From Trichinella spiralis (Eukaryota): DNA of 64,000 bases. Of this stretch, positions 25,979-38,900 are shown one piece after another. The notes under the pieces were generated by a model, which ran no database searches, had not been told where the DNA came from, and saw only the letters and a list, made by a program, of their open reading frames with translations. The translations under genes and the position numbers were made by a program. Within the stretch, counting starts at the first letter, position 1. Each line of letters begins with the position of its first letter. The stretch lies in contig NW_003526940.1 of the NCBI RefSeq assembly GCF_000181795.1, positions 2,393,346 to 2,457,345 on the forward strand, in the 5' to 3' direction.

Positions 25979-26646
25979 TGGTCGTCCGAGCCGGAATCGA
26001 ACCAGCGACTTATGCAGACGAACTGCTGGCAACTGCTGAGACACCGTCGTCGACCGAAACAACTCAACTGCCGGCGAACAACAACAAACCCAACACGACC
26101 AGGTCGATTTTGACATCCTCCAATTCAAGACCTTCTGGAATCAGTTTAATGCAGTAGTGCACCGGAGAGAAGACCTCGAAGATGTCACCAAATTCGTGCA
26201 TCTTCGATCTTGCCTGGCTGGCGCAGCACTACATGCAATCAACGGCGTGACAACAGCAGCAGAAAACTATCTAGCAGTAGTGTAAATACTGCAACACGAC
26301 CGATTCACCGAGTCTCAGATGTGTTGGACGCGCACATCCTCCAGATATTCAGCATCACGAACGAGGCCGGCAAGGGAAAGGAAGGACTATTGGTAATGCA
26401 TAACAAGTTGAATGGTCACCTATTAGAATTGAAGGCAATTGGAAAGAATTTCGACACCGCTGTATCCGGCTTCCGGATGGCACTAAAGCAACTGGTGCCC
26501 CAACTTCCAAAGGACATACAATCCCGATAGAAAGATCAATGTGTGGGAAGCTGGCGGAAGAACCGACCTCGCAGACTATTTTAGACTTCTTGGCAGAACA
26601 AGCCCGGCGTGCAGTGGACTCTGAACGGTCCACAAGAGGAGGGAGG
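25979..26646 (+). mobile_element. BEL/Pao internal remnant: tRNA-Tyr-type PBS + gag (DUF1759-like) pseudogene + purine tract
   Basis: PBS TGGTCGTCCGAGCCGGAATCGAACCAGCGAC. Translation DILQFKTFWNQFNAVVHRREDLEDVTKFVHLRSCLAGAALHAINGVTTAAENY... with stops. agaggagggagga at ~26635; no 3' LTR seen. Confidence 0.85.
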
Positions 26647-27054
26647 ACATCCTAACATGCGTATTGTGACTGATGCAACTTTTACTTATTATTCATTTAT
26701 TTTATTGATCGAAAATGATCTTCTTATCGTTCGCTCATATACTGATGATACTTACTGTTATACAATGTTCCGAATTTTATTACCCAATAATGTATATTTA
26801 GAATAACTGCAGTACTCAACGTTTCATTGATAAAAATATTTTATTGCAACCTTCTTTGTGTAATAAAATATCAAAGATGAAAAAGAACACCCCCGCAACT
26901 GCACATTCAGAAATTAGATGCGAACCATAAAGTAGATATTATTATTACTTCCCATCAGTGAAAACAATGTCTGATCGAGAATCAGTAATTATAAAAAGGG
27001 TAAAGGACACCTTATAATAAAGAAATTTACTATTAATAATATTTATTGTATGAG

Positions 27055-27132
27055 CTTGGGGGTCGATGAGGCATCAAGGAATCCACAGGGGGTCGATGAG
27101 GTGTCAAGGTACAAAAAGTTTGCTTATTCCTG
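27055..27132. mobile_element. Right-end remnant of a hAT (Charlie-like) non-autonomous element
   Basis: Two gggggtcgatgagg units followed by aaaaagtttgcttattcctg (reverse complement CAGGAATAAGCAAACTTTTT, Charlie-type TIR shape). Left end not found. Confidence 0.45.
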
Positions 27133-27319
27133 ACTATGTCTATCTCATTTCATTCAAATTCACTGTGTTACAGTAATAATAAAATGTAGAAAATGAAAAA
27201 AAAATGATATTGAAAACAGCAGTCACTAAAAAGTGTAAAATGGATAAACATTTTGGATTTTTCATAAAAGTAAATTTAATAAAAATTCCGAAATAATGAA
27301 GTTTGGTCACTTGAACTAG

Positions 27320-27420
27320 TGTTACGTAATGAAAAAAATTGGACCAATGACATGAAAAATATTGCAGCTAATCAGAACAGAACAATTTGAATCGATGAAC
27401 AGTTAGAGAAAAGAACAAAT
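27320..27420 (+). repeat. Partial copy of the dispersed ~190-bp repeat
   Basis: gttacgtaat...ccaatgacatgaaaaatattgcagctaatca...tttgaatcgatga matches 4572-4660. Confidence 0.65.
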
Positions 27421-27662
27421 CTTACGCCATGAGCATACAATGAGAATTCCATTTCTAACAAAAAAGTTTATTAAATTATCAGATGCTAAAAAATTTTTAT
27501 TTACAGTGTTGCGGATAAATATTTATTTTTCAAGATTACAAGCAATATTTATTTGAATAATGTCAGAAAATTTACGACAACAAGAGCAGCTGTTGAATGA
27601 TTTTAATAGGTTAACAAACATTAACGAATGACAACATGTTTGCTGATAAAGAATGCTTTATC

Positions 27663-30600
27663 ATGCATATTGGATGGATTTTCGTTTTATGCTTCTCTTT
27701 TCTAAGATATTCAGTAGCTACATCAAAATGTTATGATTTGAATGGTAATATGGAAGCAGATTGGTAAGAGATTGTTATTCTTTGACCTTCTGTTTGCCCT
27801 AAACGTTAATGCGGAATATGCGTAGCGTCGCCTTTTGAAGGCAAAGAGACCACTTTCACTAAAATGTATTTTATTGATAAATAATGAAATACGTTGCTAG
27901 TGCAATCAAGTTGACACAATGAATTTTTTATAACATAATGAATAACCATAGAAGCTATAGCAGGGCACTAATGATATCATTCTAATTCCACCATGTAATC
28001 ATATCCATTATTTCCCAAAGAATTTCAAATCATTGTGAATATTTTATTTTAATTGAAAATGATTTTGGATTTCCATTGATTAATTAGGAATTTAGGCTAC
28101 AACATCTTGTAATAAATATGCGAATTAGTCTGAAAATCTTGAACATGCCAACGTATCTTGAACTTATAAATTATTTAATTTAAGCTGTTTTAATGTTGCT
28201 TGCCATATCTTTAAATATACATAACTTTATTATTTTATTTGTAACTTCGTTAAAAAATCGGTTCACATCTTTGTACAACGTAAAGATATTATTTAAGATA
28301 GTGATCTGCTTGATATCATTAGGCATGGACAAAATTTAAGGAAAATGCATTATGAAAATGATAAAACGTACCACTTCATGGGATTGTAATCTCAAAAGGA
28401 AATCGATGTGCAATATTACAAAACTAAATCACTAAAGCCACATCGACATACCACATTAGAAGAGTGTTTTATTTCTAAATTTCAAATTATATTTAATTTG
28501 ACTGAAATAAAGAAATAGAGCAGTTCAGTAGGATTACTAAATTTAAATGATCACCTACATGTGGATTCATGATCAAGTATACCTGAATTTGCACACGCAC
28601 GAATTAGTATGTCATCATCCTTGAAGTGCATACTGTTGCAAATTTTAAACAAAAAAAGTTGTTTTTAGCAAACAATTTTTCATTTATGGAAGTACATATT
28701 TAGAAAATAAAAAATTTGTAAAATAGATATACATACAGTAAAGAAAAGAAATAGTGCATTTTTAATTAATTTATTTGTTTTACATGCATGTTTGCTAGAT
28801 CCAGGTAAAAATAACTTGCAAATAAACAGCAGCTGTATTAACTTACTGAATTGATTAACGTACAGTGGCGGAAAATGTCAAATACATTTTTGTGTTGCTG
28901 ATAATTCTTTCTCCTTAGTTATTTATGTAAAGGAGGAACGTGTCTTGAGCAACAGTTGAAATGTTCTTCTGAATAGTCAATTTTACATCTTCTTAATAGA
29001 CAAAATTTAGACTTAATGCAGCAAAAAATTTAAAAAAATTTAATAAATAATTATTAATTATAAATAAATGAAAATTATGAAACGATTAGCAAAAGAATTC
29101 AATAACTTATTACTTATCCTATGTAGGGTTGTTGTATATAAAGCTCCAGCTCAGAATGCAGGAAAAGCATTGATTGCAGGAGCTGGAGCTAATGCATGGC
29201 AAAATATTCCAGATGTTACGAGAAATAATGGACATGCAGTTTTTAAACCACTTGAACATGTCATTGCGGCAAATCAAAATAACAGATTTATTGCCTACAA
29301 CAATATCCCACCGGATGTTCCAAAAGTAAAAACAAAATCAAACAGCAAAGGTAACAACAACAAAGGTTAAAACGAAAACAACAAATCTTCTAATTATTAT
29401 TCTACATAGGTGTTTTAATGATGAATCCGGGAGTTGCAGATGAAGCTTCATGGATTGTTCACACAATACCAGGATTCCCGAAAGCGCTAACAGGATATGT
29501 ATTTCCACCTGCAGAAATTCAGAAAGGACATTTGTTTATCTGTTTGACAATTAAAGAAAGCGAAATTGATGCAATTGGTAAATTTATTTGCATGAAAAAG
29601 ATTACACTTACGCAGAACTATTTGGAAGATGTTTCACATTTCATGCAGAAAAAGAATTTGAAGCAAATATATTTGAATAATAATTTCATATGATAAAATG
29701 CATGCAATTTTTAGCGATGGCCTTGAGAATTGCAACTCCACTGATATATCACAATGATATACCAGATGATCCAGCTCGACCAAATCTGAAAAAATTGGTT
29801 AATGGCGAATCAAGATTAACGCCACCGTTAACCGTGACACAGCAAATTTCTACAGCAGCTGCTCAAGGATTGAAAATGACAATATATAGTAAAAGTGAAA
29901 AATCAAAATATGGTAAGTCACATGTGTTACTGCGAAATTTCCAGAACAAACATCTGGCAGAATTTTGCTCTGCTAACATAAATCTGCTTTTATAATTTGT
30001 TTTGTATTTTACAGTAATAGTATATGCGGCAAACAGAAAAAAGTTTGCTAAAATTATCGTCATAATAATTATTTGATGCAGAGAAACATATTATACGTTA
30101 AGAAAAGTTGCAGCATTTTTTGCAGAAATATAGAATGATTTTGAAAAACGTTATTGCAATCAACGCAGTGAGCAGCACACATTTTTGCTATTTTAAGGTG
30201 TGCTTTCTTAATATTACCTCAATATAAGTATTTGAACGGATAAAATTAAACGTTGTTTATTGAAACTTGCTCTGAATTTTAAATAAATTTCACAGAAACC
30301 AATTACAGAGATTTACCGAAGAGTACTTGTGAAGAAATTAAAAACAGGCATTAAAGTTTGGACAACAAGAGATAAAACATTGAAAAGTGATTGTCGGATT
30401 TTGGGCAGAAGTATAAAATTAGTAACAAGTCCCATTGCTGTTGATGGTCAAGCAAGTTCTCTTGAAAGTGATGTCTCTCAGTGGTTAATTAGTGAACCAG
30501 GAAACAAATTTTGTGTTATTGACAAACCTTATCATGTACATTTGAAGTTGTAAGAAGCAGTCGTTTAAGAAAATACTTTTTTTAGAAAAGCCAAACAAAA

Positions 30601-30687
30601 GAGCCAGCAATAGCGGTTTGCATTGATGATGCTACAATTTTTGGTCATTTCAATCGAATTGGTCAGAATGTAGAAAATTGCACATGA
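27663..30687 (+). CDS. Secreted DNase II-like (plancitoxin-like) protein; exon 1 ends 27763, exon 2 starts 29127; an alternative in-frame ATG lies at 27636
   Basis: Signal-peptide exon MHIGWIFVLCFSFLRYSVA, then C...DW|VVVYKAP, IAYNNIPP, SNSKGVL, WIVHTIPGFP, GHLFICLTI, DVSQW, and AIAVCIDD...ENCT*. This is the DNase II layout. Confidence 0.9.
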
Positions 30688-31439
30688 AGGTACAAGGATG
30701 ATGGCGGAACTCATTTCATGTCTGAAAACTTTAATTGAATAAAACAGAAATTAAATTTACTCTATGTACGTGAGATTTAACAAAATATATTTCAATGAAC
30801 AGTTCGACAAGAACCATATTTTAGTTTGTTGCTTTTTTACATAGTTTATTAAGCTGCAACCTTATTCACAATCGTTTCTGTAATAAGCAATTTTATCATA
30901 ATTAGTATCTTTAGCAAGGATTGCACAGATCATTTTGCACATTGAATGAACATTGGTAATGTTATATCTGTCAGTTTTTGTTTGAATAATTGAAAATTCT
31001 TTAAAAAGAAGATATATGCCTTATTTAATTTTCTATTAATTTTGATTTCATAGAAACATGTTTCCGAGCGTTATTGCGCATTTTTTCAATAAATTAAATC
31101 ATATTCTCATTATTCAGAACAATCTGATAATATTTAAGTAATGAATTCATATTGCAAAGCGTACATATTGCAAAATAAAACTGATCTTAACCGTATGCAT
31201 GTTTTTTAAGCATTCCCTGTCTTCAGTATACAAAAAGTTGATATAATTTTTTCTGGAAATAAAATTCTTTCTCTAAAATGATATTTCAATAAACAATCCA
31301 TTTTGATCACACTTTACTGGACATATTGCTCCTCACTACTTATATTGTTTAAATGATATTTTATCTATGAAATGATAAATTAATAGAAAATGAGTGTTCA
31401 AGCCATTTTGAAGAAAAACATTTTAGATGTGAAGCTTTA

Positions 31440-32560
31440 TTTAAATTATTATATCTTATAAGAAAATATTTATTTACAGTGCAATGGGTCAACATTTATT
31501 TTACAAGTTTAAAATCTGTATTTATTTGATTGAATAATAAATCTTAGAAAATTTACAACAACAAAAGAAGCTGCTTAATGATTTAATAGAGTGACAAACA
31601 TAACGAATCTCAAGATGCTTGTTAATGCATACTGCTTTATAGACTGATGTTAATGCACTTCAGATGGATTTTTGTTTTATGGTTCAGTTGTCCAAGATAT
31701 GGTCTAGCTACATCAAAATGTTATGATTTAGATAGCACTGCGCCAACTGATTAGTGATTGTCATTTTTCAAAGTTCTGCTTGTTCAGAACGTTCATGCAG
31801 AATATGCGTAGCGTCTTCTTCTGAAAGCAATGAAATCACTTTCAGCGTTTCTATTCTTTCACTTTCATCAATAATATTGATAAATAATATAATACATTGA
31901 TGATGGACTCCAATTTATATAATTAATTGTTCAGTACAGTCATGAATAACAACGACAGCTCTGGCATAACATAATAAACATTTGCATTTGCAATTATATC
32001 TTTTTAATTTGATAATGTATTTATATAATTATTTCCCGAAGCAGTTCAAATAACTGTGATTCTTTTAGCAGAAAGTGATTTTAGATATCCACTGAATATT
32101 TTTTTCACAAGAATGCAGTTTCTGAATGCAACAGCTGCAATGGAACTTATTATAAATTTGCAAATTAGTCTGAAAAATCCTGAACGCGCCAAGATATGTA
32201 AATTATTGAATTTAAGCTGTTTTTATGTTGTTTCACATATTTTTCAATGTACCTAAATTTCTTTTATTATTTTATTTCTTACTTCGTTGAAAAACCAGTT
32301 CTTATCTTATCACAACGTGAAGATATAAAGAAAAGAATCTGATTGCTTTGCTTTGCCAGGCAAGGACAAATTTCAGTGATGGCACATTAGGAAATGATAG
32401 CCATATACTATTACATACAATTTCAATATTTATGTGAAATCTATATGCAATGTTGTAAAATCTGAATGCTGAAGCAGCATTCTAAACGTTGAATTAGCAC
32501 AGCAGTTTTTTTGAAAATTCAAATGATATTTAATTGAAATGAAATACAGAAACAACGCTT
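31440..32560 (+). pseudogene. Orphan duplicate of the DNase II upstream region, exon 1 and intron 1
   Basis: Colinear with ~27480-28520. The exon-1 copy at 31653-31754 reads MHFRWIFVLWFSCPRYGLATSKCYDLDSTAPTD* (TGG>TAG). No downstream exons follow. Confidence 0.85.
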
Positions 32561-32799
32561 TTATTCCGGTTACATTTTTGTGTATAATTAATTATAATTA
32601 TACATCTGCTCATCAAACCTATGAAATTTGTATTTGAGCTAAGCTAACTCGATTTATTGCTTGTGTACTATTCAGCATTTTATATAACTTGTTCAAAGTT
32701 TGCATTGTATTTATTTATTTGTGAATTTAATAAAGTTTAATATAACTTTTAATGGTAAAAATTTATTCACTGGTGAAAACTATAATACAATGTAGCACA

Positions 32800-32982
32800 A
32801 TAAAATAAAATACAATGTACAGTACAATACTATACAATGCAATACAATACAATACAATATAATATAATATAATATAATATAATATAATATAATATAATAT
32901 AATATAATATAATATAATACAATACAATACAATATAATATAATATAATATAATTTAATTTAATTTAATTTAATTTAATTTAA
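32800..32982. repeat. Compound pentanucleotide microsatellite (AATAC)n(AATAT)n(AATTT)n
   Basis: Directly visible tandem 5-mers. Confidence 0.95.
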
Positions 32983-33236
32983 TACTGATATATTAAATAA
33001 GTTATACTATAATTACTGCTCTATAAACCGGAAAATTTGCTATGGAAAAAACTTAAAAATGAAAATTATACGTATTGCATGTAATTTCATTTAAATAGCA
33101 AGAAATTCACTAATATTTTTATTTTGAAGAGAGTACAACTATTTTTTACGATATGACCCGTTATAAAATATCAATAATTAAGGCACATTTTAACATGAAA
33201 TTCTTGGGATAGTCCATAAAGAACACAATTTTCAAT

Positions 33237-33410
33237 GCGTTTTCTTATTGATCGTTGACGGCGTTATCTCACCGGATATTTTATTACTGATCGTTGACAG
33301 CACTGTACATTCATGCCGTTCCCTTAGGCACCTACTCTAACTTTGTTCGGTTAGTAGTCACGAAAAAAAAACCGAATGCATGAACGTCCAACAACCGATA
33401 AGAAAACACG
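33237..33410. repeat. Small fold-back element (~170 bp) sharing the ttttcttattggtcgtt-like motif of the dispersed repeat
   Basis: gcgttttcttattgatcgttgacg ... cgtccaacaaccgataagaaaacacg form imperfect inverted repeats. Confidence 0.55.
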
Positions 33411-34449
33411 TTACGTCATGCTCTTGTTCAAATAAACAAACTTCATTCTTTACCAATACTGCTGAAATAAGTAATTCGTAATTTTTCTCATCATTAACAT
33501 TTAAACTGAAACGTAACTGCATATTCTTCAAATAAATAATCTTTTATCGTTTCATCTACATTAATTTTATTAAATCTCATCTAAAAAATCAAAATAAGGT
33601 GTATGAAAGATTCATGCTTCTGCCAATCAAGAACGAGAATAAAATAGACACCCCTTATTAACTCGGATAGTGAAGGAACAAAGTTCTACAAGAAAAAACA
33701 CTCTATACTAGAAACATAACAAAAAAATTGCACAATCAAGACACACCAAATCGGAAATTTCAATACACTAAAGCACGCATTATGATTATATTGATGATCA
33801 AGTACACTTTAGAAGTTCTGCTTTCTACATAAGAAATTGATGCTTCGAAAATTATTTTTCTATGACTACGTAAACTGATATTATAATAATATATACACTT
33901 CATAATATAATATCAATAAATTATATGCCAGATATGTTTTAAATAAAGTTTTGATCATGTTTGTCAGGCATTTGAATCTTTATTCCTTACTAGTTGCGTT
34001 GATGAAAGCTAATATTGTTAAATAAATATGTTTAAATGTATATGTACATAGATATGTTTGTTTATTAGTGTTACTTTAAATTTTACTGCTATTAACTGCT
34101 TTAATAATATGATAAAAGCTATGAAAATATTTATCAGTTTTTTTTGTCTTTATTATTTTTTCATACTGTAAATTTCATACGGTCTTTTGTTCTATAATTT
34201 TTTTATTAAAACAATGTTTAATTTGTATGGCTGCAGATTTCTATTGCTTTAAAGATTTAAAATATTTATATATATTTAAAATAAAAGATATTAATTTCAT
34301 CGAGCATCATAATATTATTAATATGTTAAAATCTTTATCTTTTGAAACACAGTATTGAATTCCTTTTATTAATCTAATGAATATTTGCTGATTTGCTATG
34401 AACATATCTTTTATTTAAGTGTATTTTCAGTTTTTCGAGCAGATTACTT

Positions 34450-35632
34450 ATGCATCGCCGTAATTTCTCCAAATCCAATCGTATGATCGCCGAGGAATAT
34501 CAGCACACCCTTGCACTAAGTGCAACAAAGTTTGGTGTCGTTATAAAAACTTTCATAAAAGAGTATGAAAGAATACATGATTTGGTGAATGTATGCTTTT
34601 TTATTCTTTTTTTCAGTGCTGATTAAAATAATATATAGTGTTATTAAGAGTATATTTCAGGTTAGAATGAACTGTGGCCAGATTATATCTGGAAGTGAAT
34701 ATGCTGAACTTGTTTTGAAGATGTCGGACGCAATTTCGAAAATAGTATTTGCATTTTATAATTTCTATTGCTTATAAAGTGTTTAATATATTTTGTTATA
34801 TAAATTATAATATATTACTCCTTAGCATTGCGTAAATAAGAAAAATTGTTTTGCTTATATTCATTTATACAAATTTTTTTTCAAGTTTTCTTAGTGATGT
34901 TTACATTACATTACATATTCTAATTTTTAACTGTAATATTGTTTTTATCTTTATACCGAAACTACGAAATAGTGAAATATTGAGCTGAATACTTGATTCG
35001 ATTCACTGTTTCATATATACATATGAAGTATGAATTATAATTTTGTTGTTTTTAGTTTAAACCTGGAATGCAGCTAGTGGAAATGGGAAATGAACTGCTC
35101 GATACAATTAACAAAATGGAACAACTTAATATTTTCAGTCTTGGGAACGCATCATATCCATTTTCGATGTGGATATTTGGAATTGCAGTATCCATTAAAG
35201 ATATATCAAAATCGTTGACAGTACTGGAAGTAAACTTTTTGGAATTTTTGTCAGCAATCCAGCGTGTGAAGTGTTAAAAATTATTTGTTATTTCGAATTG
35301 CAACACTTCACATTGAACTGAACGTTCGTTTTCCTTATATTAAAACGAATGGCATCCAACCATGTGTAACTTTTATGATAATGCAGAATAAAGTAAACAA
35401 AAACGTTGTACATCAGCGAATTACAATGATCATGTTGACATTTTTAATAAGTTCTGAATTTCATTAAACATTTATAATTATCAATACAAACATCATGATG
35501 ATAAAACTACGACAAAAAAAATTTTTGTGGCTTTATTTTCAGACTTTAAGTAGTCGTAAAGTTTACGAAGCAATGATATCTGATCATAAACAAAGTTTAT
35601 GTACATGTATCATACAACTCACTTTTCATTAA
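34450..35632 (+). CDS. Hypothetical protein, 4 predicted exons (34450-34590, 34661-~34744, 35057-~35230, 35543-35632)
   Basis: Coding-like segments with GT-AG boundaries join in frame: MHRRNFSKSNRMIAEEYQHTLALS...|VRMNCGQ...|FKPGMQLVEMG...|TLSSRKVY...FH*. TTTTCAG lies 20 nt before the ATG. No recognisable domain. Confidence 0.5.
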
Positions 35633-35915
35633 CCGGTATTACAGTATGAGATCAATACATAGTAGCATGTGTGGTTATTGTTATTGAAAAGTTTGTAATG
35701 TTATGATAATGTTTCTTTGTTGTTTTTTTAGTTGTTATATTAGTTTTTACGAGTTTTATAGCAATTTATAAAGTTTAAAGAATATTTTATTAAATAAAAT
35801 TAATCTCATGCTGATTGGCGCCGTCATATCTGGGAATACTTTTTTTGTGAATGAAATTTTTTCATATTGAATTTTTTTTGGAATGTAATTCATGTTTCAG
35901 AATTGTTAAAGAATA

Positions 35916-38900
35916 ATGATAAAACAAGAAAATCAACCAGTTTCATTTAATAATATTAAAGTAAAAGCTGAAAGTCGTTGTTCTTCTGTTTATGATAATT
36001 CTCTCGGTGGAAAAGGTGAACATTTGGGTTTACCTGTTGATTCATTAGAAGTAAGAGTTTTTATGTTTTTTGTTTGCAACGAATAATGAATGTAATTTTT
36101 TTTATTTTAGCAAAAATGGGCAATTATACCTCACTATCTTAGAACGAAGGGGCTTATAAATCAGCACATTGATTCATTCGACTATTTTATTAATTCCGAA
36201 GTAAACTGTCCAATGATATGTTTCGATGAAATCAATTATTTTAATGAAGTTCATTTTTAGATTAAAGAAATTGTCAAAGCGAATAATATGGTAAGATGTA
36301 ACGCTGATCCAAGCTTTTATATAAAGTAAATTGATGTTTTTTTTAAAAATAATTCTGTATCATTTTCATCAATAATACATTTATGATGTTCTATAAATTT
36401 TTAATATAATTGCCTACATTTTTGCGTTAAATGAATTCAATCTTATAGGGTAGGAGGTTATAATTGGTTCAGTATCAAGGATTCGTTCATACATTTTTAT
36501 TCTTTTTCTTTTATTTTAGATATATTGACATACGTGTTGGTTTACCGAAAGCAGAAGAAGCAGATTGTTTGCAAACCTCTGTAACGCCTCATGAATGTCG
36601 ATTGCGTGATATTACCTATGCTGCTCCAATCTTTGTTGACATAGAATATACTCGTGGAAAAGAGAAGGTGCTAAGGAAAAATTTTCAAATCGGCAGGTTT
36701 GTTGACTTTGTTGTTATTCAATGCTATGCTTTGCTGTTATTAATAATAATAATAATAATAATAATTAGAATGCCCATAATGCTTCGCAGCAGTCGTTGCG
36801 TATTGAAGGGAAAAAATGAAAAGGAGCTTATTAAAATGAACGAATGTCCATTGGATCCTGGCGGTTATTTTATAATAAGAGGTACTGAAAGAGTGGTTCT
36901 CATTCAAGAGCAGATGTCGAAGAATCGTATGCTTGTTGCGATGGATAAAACAGACGAAATTAGTTGTGGTGTTTTGACGTAAGGGTTCAAAAAAAAAGTT
37001 TCACATCTCTTAATTCATGACGTTCAAATTTAGGATGACACACATATCTCGGGGTAAAACGTATGTTGTTTATAAAAAGGATATATTTTTCATGCGAAAT
37101 AATCGTCTGACTGAAGTAATTTCAATAGGAGAAGAAAAAGCAAGATTTTTTGATGAATTTTTAAATCGGTTTTCAGGATATCTCGATGGCAATTATATTC
37201 AGAGCGATGGGAATATTGAGTGAAAGGGAAATGCTGCATCTTGTCAGCGGTGAACAAGACTCTTGTTTGGTATTTTTGAACACGCTACAAGATCTGCATA
37301 AGAGGGAAATTTTCACACAGAAAGATGTAATAGTGGTTTATTTGTTGTATGATTAATTTTGTGAACTCCTTTTTTTCAGGCGTTGATATTTGTTGGAAAT
37401 CGAATTAAAGGAAACACATTTTTTATTGCCAAGAATAGCACTGTTAGTAAGGATGAACTGGCGCTTTCATTTTTGACAGATGTTATTTGTGCTCATGTTC
37501 CAGTAAGCAGCTGATAACAAAGAAAGTAATTTCTTATTGTCTTTGACTATGTATTTCGACAGAGCAGTGCTGGTAATATGAAATTGAAAGCAATCTATAT
37601 GGGTCTGATGATTCAGCGCATTATTCAAGTTATGCTTGGCAAGGCTACTGTCGATGATCCTGATTATTATGGAAACAAGCGTCTCGAGTTGGCCGGCTCG
37701 TTGCTGGCGTTGTTGTTTGAAGATTTGTTTAAACGATTTAATCAAGAAGTATTTTTCTTTTCATTTTTTAAATTCAATTTTCATATTTTTCTAATTGTAT
37801 GTATTTTTTTTGTTGAAGATTAGTTTATTAACAGACCGTACTATTCAGCGGTTGCGAACTGCGTTGTTTGACTTTGTAAAACACATTCCAAAAGATTTAA
37901 TTACTAATGGATTGTTGAATGCCATTGCAACGGTAAAGCATTCCCAGTGAAGCAACAGATAATAATAATATTTGATATTGTTTACGCAGAAATGAATGTT
38001 TAAGGGTAACTGGGTTATTCGCAGATACAGGATGGACAGGCATGGCGTCACTCAGATATTATCGCGAATGTCTTACATAGCAATGCTCGGCATGATGACT
38101 CGAATCAATTCTCAGGTAAATGAGTGTAATTTGTTGTTTGACTGTGTTTGTTTAAGTTGATATGTTTTTTTTTAATTTTAGTTTGAACATACTCGGAAAA
38201 TGGGTGGTCCGAGGTCTCTTCAACCATCTCAGTGGGGTATGCTTTGTCCGGCCGATACCCCCGAAGGTGAGGTAGGTGAACAGAAAATGTTTGGTTTAAT
38301 TGTTCAATTTTGAATAAAACACTTTTAAGCCGTGTGGTTTGATCAAGAGTTTGGCATTGCTGTCGCACATAACTACTGATTCTGAAGAATTGCCTGTGAA
38401 AAAAGCGTTTTGCAATTTAGGAGTAGAAGATGTAAATTACTTGAGTACAGAAGTTCTTTTGCATCCATCTACCAGTTTTGTTTTTCTCAATGGTTTACTT
38501 TTTGCTTGTTTTATTTGAATTCATTTTTTGAAATTCATCTTTCATATAGGTGTTCTGTTTGGCATAACAAGAGACGTTGTTCAGCTTTATAACTCGTTGA
38601 GGTACATGCGTCGGCATGGCTTTTTGAATAAATTTGTAAATCTCTTCTTGAACGAAGAGCAGCGAACTTTGTACGTTTCTTGTGATGGTGGACGAATATG
38701 TAGGTAAGGAAAGTAATAATTTAAAAATTTACTCAACCTTTGTATGTAATTTTTCAGCACCGCATGATGAAATAGTTGCAAATTGTGAAAGTGATGTATT
38801 TTCTTGTAGGCCTTATATAATTGTGGAAAATGGGAAATCATTGCTTCAACATCATCACTTGCGCGAGTTGGCATGTGGCAAACGAAATTTGGAAGATTTT

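Noticed and set aside
25979..26014. tRNA gene on the minus strand
   Set aside because: Only the 3' half is present, it includes an encoded CCA, and it sits right after an LTR, so it is treated as a PBS.
32800..32982. CRISPR-like periodicity
   Set aside because: Simple 5-bp microsatellite with no spacers, in eukaryotic DNA.
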